Origin: Bdellovibrionales bacterium | Lineage (GTDB): Bacteria; Bdellovibrionota; Bdellovibrionia; Bdellovibrionales; UBA1609 | Length of the DNA stretch: 64,000 nucleotides | Direction of reading: 5' to 3' | Assembly (NCBI GenBank): GCA_965261545.1 | Contig: CBDHDF010000002.1 | Span: 130,417-194,416, forward strand | Shown here: piece after piece, positions 10,004 to 18,900 of the stretch | Position numbering within the stretch: position 1 is the first letter of the stretch | Layout of the letters: each line of letters opens with the position of its first letter | The notes under the pieces: generated by a model | Database searches by the model: none | Told to the model about the DNA's origin: nothing | The model's input: only the letters and a program-made list of their open reading frames with translations | Made by a program: the position numbers and the translations under genes

Positions 10004-13000
10004 TTATTTTTTAATATACTCGTATATTTGTTGAAGAAAAAATCCGTTTAAAGAAAGAGCCGTTGATGCTATCAGGCCAACACCCTTCACAGATTCTTCA
10101 CAGCCAAGTTGATCGGGTCTCAATCCTTTTCTAGAATGGTATACCTTGAATCCTTCATTTAAAGTTTTTTCAAAATTGGTTTGAGCATCGGGGTCTGTGG
10201 CAATGCCTGGGTCGATTTGAAATCCACTAAATTCTTCATTGCTATTAAAGAATGAACCAAGTCCTTTGGAGCCAGACATACATTTATTTAGCTCTTGAGT
10301 GCTTAGTTCAGAAACCACATTCTTTACAGTAAACCCTTGGAGAGGATCATCGTAGGAAGTTTTATCATAAGACACTTCGATGGCCCATACATAAGCGGCT
10401 CTTTGATCAATGAATCTCATTTTTGTGATAGGTATAATGATCTGTGAGTCATTTCCTCTCACAATAACTCTTTTTTCGGGAAGCACATAAGCCTCTGGGA
10501 GGTCTACTAAACTCCGTTTTGCTGGGTTAAATAGCTTGGGTCGGAAACCAAATCGTTTGTTCTTAGGTTCTCCGGAAATATCAATCGTTTCGAGAAGTAT
10601 GGCGACCAGATTGATATGAAAATGAGTTTGCTCCTTTAAATTTTTAAGGTAATTGGAGTTAAATCCACGAGATTGGTTGTCATTACTCATGAAAAATGTT
10701 CGGAAGAGAAAGTAATTCATGTAAAGATTTGCAATACTCATATTCGCTGTTTCTTGCAGTTGAGACCCGCCGAATTTCATATTGTTTTTTATCGTTGTGC
10801 TAATAATACTTGTGAATTCCTTAGGATAAAGGGAGAAATAGCCGAACTTTCCTTCATTGGAATCATTGTACATGGGTTTGCCAATATTCCACCAGCGATA
10901 GCGCATGGTGGAGGATGTATTTGTTAAAACATCCAAGGTTGCAATCTTAATAGGAAGCAAACCAAGTTGGTCATAGGTTCCAAAGAGACGTGAATAGTCA
11001 TAAGATGCCTGCCCTCCACGAAGACCTGTTGGAGAAATAGCTGTGTCGTAATCCATAATTGTGTGATCTTCACCCTTTAAACTTAGAAGTAAGTTAGCGA
11101 CGTCTAAAGACTTTTTTGAAGCGCGACACAGTTTTTGAAGCTCGCTAAAGGCCAGTCCATTTTTGTTGAGCTTCGTTTCGAGATTATCCATCGCCTTTTC
11201 TCCCTGATCTAGGCTGTGGATACTGTATTCTCGGGCGATATTTTTGTAGCGATGGTAGATGTTTTTATAGGAAAGAGGGCTGTCATCAGATGCATACACT
11301 TGCTTTTCTTGAAGGTCTTGCAGAGTGGAAGCTTCAGTCTCAGACATTAAAGGTTCAATAGCCAGTTTTGTAAACTCAACACCCCATGTATCATTTTTGG
11401 CAGAACTAGGATCTATACAAGCCTTTGTAAAGCTAAGCAGAGCTTCTTCATCTTTTTTTAATTTGTCAAAGACACTACGGTAAACCTTATTATTGGCAAG
11501 ATGGTACCTCATATTGTCGTAGAAAGTACGGTTGTGATTCATGAGATCGTAAGTTTTTCTCCATAATCGATATTGAGCCCAATGAGGAGATCCACCGGTG
11601 GCTTCTGTAAATGAGTTCATTTGTTTGATGAAAGAGTCTGTATATGACTTGAGGTTTTCTTTTACTAAGGAGGGAGCATCATGCCCACGATCCCAGCGAC
11701 GACAGTAGGGGTTTGTGGCTAGCCAAGCATCTAGATCAGAGCATTGAGGCATATAGCGAGTTCGGTAGGCATTATTTCCCTTGATTGTTTGATTTGGGAT
11801 CACTCCATTGGGTGGCACTTTGAAGAATGTAAAATTCTCATCACCAGACTTATATGACGAGTATTCTTGATTATAAAGGTAGGATAAGGTCAATTCATCT
11901 TGAATCTTCATTTTTACTTTTTCGTAGGGGAGAGAAACTCCTGTGATTCCACTCATATAATCCATGATGGAAGAGTAGTTATGGAGGCGAGGGACTTCAG
12001 TTGCAAGCTCGTTGTAAATTTTCGAAGGAACCATACCTTTTTTTGGCATGTGATTGGCTTCAAATTGGTGCCCCAATCCAATGACGTGTCCAAGCTCATG
12101 GAGTGTTACATTTTTAATGAAGGATCGAGTGGCCTTGAGCCTCTCCATTCCGTTCATATTACTCACAGCAACACTTATCTCGTCGTAATAATTTTCAAGA
12201 GTATTGTCAGCATCAAATGGTATGTGCTGTTGGCTTAATTGCTCTTTGATCATGGATTGAACTTTTTCTAGGCTCATATTTTTAGATTGAGCATATTTAA
12301 ATTTTTGTTTTTCTTCATCTGTGTAATCAATGGGGGTACCAAGTCCTGTTCCTGCAATAAGACCTTGTATATATTCTTCTTCGCTTTCAGGTTGGTAAGT
12401 GTTGTCATAATCTAAGTCTTGATCATCAAGAGATAATTTCATGACACTATGAGGATTAAATCGACTTAGGTATTTAAGATGTGAATTGGTTTTATCTATT
12501 TCTTTGACTAGCTCTTTTCTTTTCGTTGTCATATATTGACTGGATTTAGAATTATCATCTTTATTTTCATTCATGTTCTCGATAGATTCATTTATTCTTT
12601 CATTTCTCTTTTGGAGTTGATGAAGTATATCTGAAATATTAATATGAGAATTGTTTGAATTCACCACATCTTTAAGTGTGGTGAAGCCATGGGCCATTGA
12701 TTTTATATTCAGGTGACCTTGGATATCTTCAAAGTAGGAATTATTGTGCCTGGATGAATTCTGTGATGTCTCTGAGGCGATCATCATATCATGGGTGTTT
12801 TGAAGAATGGCATCGGCGACTGGCTCACTGTAATTGTTTACAATACGATCGATGAGTCCTCCCCAAATGACAGCACCTCCCCACAAGATTTCGCCGGTTT
12901 TTATATTTGTGTTCACTAAGCCAATGCCGAGGGGGGCACGAAGAGATAAGATAGCATCATCCACCCAAGTGATGGATGGGCAGCGTAGGTCGAAGTGATA

Positions 13001-14044
13001 TTTGGGTTGCTTTTTAGAAATTATAAAAGCCTTTTGGTCTTCTTTAACAGCTCCTATTTTAACCATGGCCTTGTTGGCTTCTTCAAGGACGTCTTCAGCA
13101 ACTTTTTTGTAGTTGCGAGAGTCATCAGGGAATCCATTGAGGCAAAATTCAACAGGTTCAGAAACGTCCCAATGGGCAGCGTAGTTGACTTCGTCAAATC
13201 CATTGGGTTGGTAACCCAGAATATGAAGAATATTCATGTGTTTGGCATTTCTTGAATTATAAGGGGTTTTCTTAAAATTTGGATTCTCTTTAATCTCGAG
13301 AAAATTAAATCGATAAACATGTTGCACTTTGGAGCCAAAGGCACTGTTGACAAGGGTTCCATTAAAAGCAAGAAATTGTTGACTATCTTCTTTAGAAACT
13401 TCGATGTCAAAAACATCAGTGACTTGACTGGGTGGTGAGCCAAACCTTCGAGAGGCATGAGGTCTGCGAGTTAAATCGTGAAAATGAATACCTTTGAGAT
13501 CTAAATCCATAATGGGTGCAAGTTGCCAGTTTTTGCGATCTGTGACTTTTTTATATTTGTTGAGTTGACGCCCACGAGAATCGACATCTTTTTCATAGAA
13601 AAAATGTTGTTTAATGGGGATTGTGAAAAGCAAGGGCCATCTTTCATAGTCATTGAGAAAATTGAGATTGATGGACCGGGCTTCAAGATTTTTGCCGTCC
13701 TTGCTAATGCGAAATTCCATATTGCAGTGTCGTGAACGATAGGGAGAGTGTGAAAGTCCATAGACACCGTGCCAGGAACCACTTTGCGTGACAGGAGCCC
13801 AGCCGCAGAGCCAATTTTTGCGAGTGTTTTTGACCGTGTTTGTTTTTTGATTGATTTCGTACCCAATGACTCTCTTTCTTAAGGATATGGTTCCATCTTT
13901 AACTTGAAAGTCCGTGGAGAGTTTTTCTAATCCTGGGTTTGGATTTTCAGCTTCGGGGGTGACATAGCTACATGAAGATGAGAAAAAAGATACGATAGAA
14001 AAAAATATGAATGCAACGGGAAGAGTGAAAGTAGGCCTTGTCAT
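10004..14044 (-). CDS. Large secreted/lipoprotein zinc metalloprotease with a metzincin motif
   Basis: 1346-aa ORF with a signal peptide ending FFSSS-C-SY. HELGHVIGLGH (HExxHxxGxxH) is encoded at 12068..12100. About 640 aa precede the motif and about 690 aa follow it. This is the first gene of the AT-rich operon. Confidence 0.8.
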   Translation of the reverse strand: MTRPTFTLPVAFIFFSIVSFFSSSCSYVTPEAENPNPGLEKLSTDFQVKDGTISLRKRVIGYEINQKTNTVKNTRKNWLCGWAPVTQSGSWHGVYGLSHSPYRSRHCNMEFRISKDGKNLEARSINLNFLNDYERWPLLFTIPIKQHFFYEKDVDSRGRQLNKYKKVTDRKNWQLAPIMDLDLKGIHFHDLTRRPHASRRFGSPPSQVTDVFDIEVSKEDSQQFLAFNGTLVNSAFGSKVQHVYRFNFLEIKENPNFKKTPYNSRNAKHMNILHILGYQPNGFDEVNYAAHWDVSEPVEFCLNGFPDDSRNYKKVAEDVLEEANKAMVKIGAVKEDQKAFIISKKQPKYHFDLRCPSITWVDDAILSLRAPLGIGLVNTNIKTGEILWGGAVIWGGLIDRIVNNYSEPVADAILQNTHDMMIASETSQNSSRHNNSYFEDIQGHLNIKSMAHGFTTLKDVVNSNNSHINISDILHQLQKRNERINESIENMNENKDDNSKSSQYMTTKRKELVKEIDKTNSHLKYLSRFNPHSVMKLSLDDQDLDYDNTYQPESEEEYIQGLIAGTGLGTPIDYTDEEKQKFKYAQSKNMSLEKVQSMIKEQLSQQHIPFDADNTLENYYDEISVAVSNMNGMERLKATRSFIKNVTLHELGHVIGLGHQFEANHMPKKGMVPSKIYNELATEVPRLHNYSSIMDYMSGITGVSLPYEKVKMKIQDELTLSYLYNQEYSSYKSGDENFTFFKVPPNGVIPNQTIKGNNAYRTRYMPQCSDLDAWLATNPYCRRWDRGHDAPSLVKENLKSYTDSFIKQMNSFTEATGGSPHWAQYRLWRKTYDLMNHNRTFYDNMRYHLANNKVYRSVFDKLKKDEEALLSFTKACIDPSSAKNDTWGVEFTKLAIEPLMSETEASTLQDLQEKQVYASDDSPLSYKNIYHRYKNIAREYSIHSLDQGEKAMDNLETKLNKNGLAFSELQKLCRASKKSLDVANLLLSLKGEDHTIMDYDTAISPTGLRGGQASYDYSRLFGTYDQLGLLPIKIATLDVLTNTSSTMRYRWWNIGKPMYNDSNEGKFGYFSLYPKEFTSIISTTIKNNMKFGGSQLQETANMSIANLYMNYFLFRTFFMSNDNQSRGFNSNYLKNLKEQTHFHINLVAILLETIDISGEPKNKRFGFRPKLFNPAKRSLVDLPEAYVLPEKRVIVRGNDSQIIIPITKMRFIDQRAAYVWAIEVSYDKTSYDDPLQGFTVKNVVSELSTQELNKCMSGSKGLGSFFNSNEEFSGFQIDPGIATDPDAQTNFEKTLNEGFKVYHSRKGLRPDQLGCEESVKGVGLIASTALSLNGFFLQQIYEYIKK

Positions 14045-14592
14045 TTAATAACTCCTTTTCTTTGGTTGGCCCCCCTCCCAATTTATTTAAAGTTTATTCA
14101 TTTATTTTTAATTCTTTTATTTCTTTTATTCCTAATTCTTCTATTCTTTTATTTCTACTTCAGTGACGTAAATCTCAGGAAAGCGTTCACTAAGCAAGTT
14201 TTATTTGAAGAAAAGGGGTGATGTGATTAAGATTTCATATGTTATAATAGCATCTTATGAATGCAGGAGTGGCGGCGGAAGTGTATAATAGTATTTTATG
14301 AACACAATAAGATTGTGGTATTATGCTCTTCTCAGGAATCGTTGTGTGGGCTGTGGATACCTTTAGCGAGCTTGTTTTACAGAAGCAACAATTCCGTCGA
14401 AAAATAGTTTAGGCCACAGTAGTGGCTTCCAAATTGACCTCTTGGATTCCTTTGGACTCAACATCTTTTTTCGGCTGGAGGCTCAATTTTTTGTTGATAC
14501 GAATTGTTACTTCAGGACTACCGCGGTGCGTCAACAAAATCTTAACTTTTAGCGTGACACCAAAGTTCATCTTCAATAGGCTGCGGTACACT

Positions 14593-15258
14593 ATGGCTTT
14601 ATCAAAAAATTCCGCAGACCACTTAAACACAAACCACCCCATCTCTACATTTATTGCCTTTGACCTTGAAACCACAGGCTTTCTTGCTGGGGTGGACCAA
14701 ATTATTGAGATAGGAGCCTTGCGCTTTGTCCATGGGAAGCCTGATGCTGTTTTCTCCACTCTTGTGAATCCAGGAATCCCTATTCCTCCAGGTGCTTCTA
14801 AGGTCAATGGCATCACTGACGATATGGTTCAAGGGAAGCCTTCCATAGAGTCTCTTCTTTCACCTTTTGCAAAATTTTGTGGTGGAAGTGCTTTGGTGGC
14901 TCACAACGCACCATTTGACGCACAATTTTTAACAGCCGCCATTAAGCAACACTGTTCTCCTGCTCCCCGAGGAATTGTCTTGGATACTCTCCCTATGGCT
15001 AGAAAAATATTTCCTGGTCTTTCCAACTATAAACTGGGAACTCTTGTTCAACATTTAAGCATCAAAACCACAAAGTTTCACAGAGCTGAAGAAGACGCTT
15101 CCTACTGCGGTCAACTCTTTATAAAAATTATCGATAGAATGATAAATCAAAGCCACAAAGCTCCCTCCTTGGATCATTGCATTGCAATGACGGGAAAACC
15201 CGCACTTAAATTTCCACACATTGAGCCTGTCCCTAAGCAACTTGAACTCAACTTGTAG
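14593..15258 (+). CDS. DEDDh 3'-5' exonuclease (DnaQ/epsilon-like)
   Basis: Exo motifs are present: FDLETTG (ExoI), VAHNAPFDAQFL (ExoII) and HRAEEDA (ExoIII). The track ORF starts at a GTG at 14422, but the first 57 aa look non-coding, so I chose the ATG at 14593. The start is uncertain. Confidence 0.78.
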   Translation: MALSKNSADHLNTNHPISTFIAFDLETTGFLAGVDQIIEIGALRFVHGKPDAVFSTLVNPGIPIPPGASKVNGITDDMVQGKPSIESLLSPFAKFCGGSALVAHNAPFDAQFLTAAIKQHCSPAPRGIVLDTLPMARKIFPGLSNYKLGTLVQHLSIKTTKFHRAEEDASYCGQLFIKIIDRMINQSHKAPSLDHCIAMTGKPALKFPHIEPVPKQLELNL

Positions 15259-15524
15259 CAAGGTTCTTAAATTGTAACTAGTTCCTGTCTAGGAATGGCT
15301 CTTTTTCGCCAATTTGCTTCTCCTAATCAAACCTAACGGGATTTGAGAGATAAAATACTCAAAATAAAATACTCAAAAAAAGGCATTCTCGCTGTGTCTC
15401 TCTGTAATCATGCCCCCCCTGAATAGATACGAAATATTTCGGAAAGAAAATAATATTTTATCAATATTTTTAAGCATTTATAATATGACTTAGACCCAAT
15501 AAGTGAGGGCACTATAAATTTTTA

Positions 15525-15622
15525 GTGAGTTCTGACTGGATATAAAAATTAAAAATATAGGGAAAAGGGCATGAGCCTCGGCAGTCCCTTGCAAGCAAAT
15601 TTTATATCCAGTCAGAACTCAC
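15525..15622. repeat. Perfect 23-bp inverted repeat with a 52-nt spacer, in the 697-bp gap upstream of the FN3-SRCR cluster
   Basis: gtgagttctgactggatataaaa (15525-15547) is the exact reverse complement of ttttatatccagtcagaactcac (15600-15622). Confidence 0.9.
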
Positions 15623-15955
15623 AATTTTTAAATGCATTTATCTCATATTCTTAAAGTTCAGTCAATTATATGACGATGACCCTTTAGTATGGATTAGTAT
15701 GGATTAATAATATTTGAATGACAATAACTACTTACTGTTCTTCATCATTCTAAAAAGCATCCGAGTATTTACTTTGATTGGGCAACCTTTAAATGTAGTT
15801 ATTCTTGTTTGATTTAGAGGTGACATAACTGTTCAGAGAGAAGCAGTTCAAGAGATAAATTTTTCCTTTTTACTAGGGAAGATGTAAATATCTCTCTGTA
15901 AACTCATTATCTCTAAGAATAGATACAAAAAATTTACTATACAAAGAGGAGTGCC

Positions 15956-18900
15956 ATGAAGAATCTTGAACATATGCATATAAAAAAAGGCAGTCATATG
16001 AAAACAATTTGTAATAGCCTCATTTTAGGTATCATCATATTGTTATCTTTTTTATCCTTAGGTTGTCAAAAAAAGAAAGCATGGACTCCCCGTTCAATTA
16101 AGGCACCACAAACACTGGTGGTACAGCCTGGAGATAGGCAAGTCACCTTGTCTTGGAAAACCTCCACCAACAGCGGAAAAAAAACCATTACCAGTCACCA
16201 ATATCGAAAAAAAGTAGGAACAGGAGCTTACGGAAAATGGATGAGTATTCCCAATAGTGGACAAGGAAAGTCCCATGAAACAAGCTTCATCGTCACGAAG
16301 CTCACCAATGGAACTTCCTACACCTTTCAGGTAAGAGCTATTAATAGTGGTGGACACAGTGCCCCCTCCAATGCTGTCACAGCCACACCACGGGCCGCTG
16401 CCCCCACAGCCCCCACGGGTCTCACTGCAAACCCTAGGAGTGGAGCGGCTTATTTAATATGGACAGCTTCTGGCAGCCCTGGAAGTAGTTCCATTATCAA
16501 ACACCAGTATCGAATGAAAGCAGTGGCCAACAACGGAAGCTACAAATCTTGGACAGATATTCCAAGCAGTGCTCCTGGCCAGACAAACGCAACGAGTTTT
16601 ACGATGACAGGTCTCACCAATGGAGCCACCTACACCTTTCAATTGAGAGCCGTCAACCGTACCAACAATAGCCTCCCATCCAATGAAGCTACGGTCACTA
16701 CGAGTGACACAACTCAACCCCCTACCGCCCCTAGAAATTTTACTGCACACCCTAGAGACAAAGCAGTTCTTTTAGCCTGGGGAGCTTCTAGCAGCGATGG
16801 GGGCAGTCTCATCACCAAGCACCAATATCAAAAAAAACAAGGGTCTGGAAACTATGGAAATTGGACCGATATTCCAAACAGTGCTCCTGGCGAGACAAAC
16901 GCCACAAGCTTTACGTTGACAGGTCTCACCAATGGGACTTCCTACACCTTTCAGGTGAGAGCTACAAATCATAATAATAATACGGACTACTATAGTCCCG
17001 CTTCCAGTCCTGTTACAACCACTCCCATGGTCAGTGCCCAAAAGCCCGAAGCTCCCACAAATTTGACTGCACATTCGAGGAATGCAGGGGCTTATTTAAC
17101 TTGGACTATAGGCAGTAATGGGGGCAGTCCCATCACCAAACACCAATATCGAAAGAAGCAAGGAACCAACGGAGTCTATGACAATTGGGAGGATATCCCA
17201 AGCAGCGCTTCTGGCGAGACAAACGTCACAAGCTTTACGGTGATAGGTCTCAATAATAGAACGACCTACACCTTTCAGGTGAGAGCCAAAAATAGTGAAG
17301 GTTATAGCCTCGTCTCCAATGTTGTCACAGTCACACCTGGGGCCGTTGAAGCCCCCACAGCCCCTAGGGGTCTCACTGCAAACCCTAGGAGTGGAGCGGC
17401 TTATTTAATATGGACAGCTTCTGGCAGCCCTGGAAGTAGTTCCATTATCAAACACCAGTATCGAATGAAAGCAGTGGCCAACAACGGAAGCTACAAATCT
17501 TGGACAGATATTCTAAGCAGCGCTCCTGGTCAGACAAACGCAACGAATTTTACGGTGCCAGGTCTCACCAACGGAGCCACCTATATCTTTCAAGTGAGAG
17601 CCTTCAATCGCAGCAATCATAGCCCCCCATCCAATGAAGCTAGGGTCACCACGAGTGGCACAACTCAACCCCCTACCGCCCCTAGAAATCTTACTGCACA
17701 CCCTAGAGACAGAGAAGTTCGTTTAGACTGGACACCTTCTAACAGCGATGGCGGAAGCCCCATCACCAAACACCAGTATCGAAGAAAGCAAGGAGCCAAC
17801 GGAGTCTATGACAATTGGGAGGATATTCCAAGCAGCGCTCATGGCCAGACAAATGCAACAGCCTTCACGGTGAGAGGTCTCACCAATGGAACTTCCTACA
17901 CCTTTCAATTGAGAGCCAAAAATAATACAAATTCGAACTATAGCGGAGAATCCAGTCCTGCCACAACCACTCCCATGGCCAGTGCCCAAAAGCCCGAAGC
18001 TCCCACGAACTTGACTGCAGATGCGAGGAATGGAGGGGCTTATTTGACCTGGGTTATAGGCAGTAATGGGGGCAGCCCCATCACCGAACACCAATATCGA
18101 AAGAAGCAAGGCTCTGGAAGCTATGACAATTGGACCAATATTCCAAGCAGCGCTTCTGGCCAGGCAAATGTCACAAGCTTTACGGTGACAAGTCTCACCA
18201 ATGGGACTTCCTACACCTTTCAGGTGAGAGCCAAAAATAGTAAAGGCGAGAGCGGAGCATCCACCGATAGTCCCACTGTCACACCAAAGACAATTCCCAC
18301 AGCCCCCACAAACTTTAGTGCCAACGCTAGGGATCAAGGGGTTTATTTAACCTGGGCTACAAGAAGTGATGGGGGCAGTCCCATCACCGAACACCAATAT
18401 CGAAAGAAGCAAGGGAGCGGAAGCTATGAAAATTGGACGAATATTTTAAGAAGTGCCTCTGGCGAGGCAAATGCCACAAGCGTTACGGTGAGAGGTCTCA
18501 TCAATGGAACGAACTACACCTTTCAGGTGAGAGCCAAAAATAGTGAAGGTTATAGCTCCGTCTCCAGTGCTGTGAACGTAAGCCCGTCAGGATCGGCCCC
18601 CAAACCTCCTGGAGCTCCTAGGGACCTCACAGCAAATCCTAGGAACGGAGGGATTTACTTAACTTGGAGGGCTCCTAGCAGTGATGGTGGGAATCCCATC
18701 ACCAAGTACCAGTATCGCAAAAAACAAACAACTGCCAACTACGATACTTGGGATGACATTAAAGACAGTGCCCCCAGTGGTGCCAATAACACAAAGTTTA
18801 TGGTGACAGGTCTCACCAATGGAACGTCCTACACCCTTCAGTTACGAGCGTATAATCGCGCCGGCGGCCCAGGTGCCGTCTCCACTGTGACTCGCATCCC

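Noticed and set aside
14409-14816. A 135-aa minus-strand ORF, and the GTG-initiated N-terminal extension (14422-14592) of the exonuclease ORF
   Set aside because: The minus ORF is antisense to the exonuclease domain. The extension has no RBS and an implausible composition, while exonuclease motifs begin shortly after the ATG at 14593.
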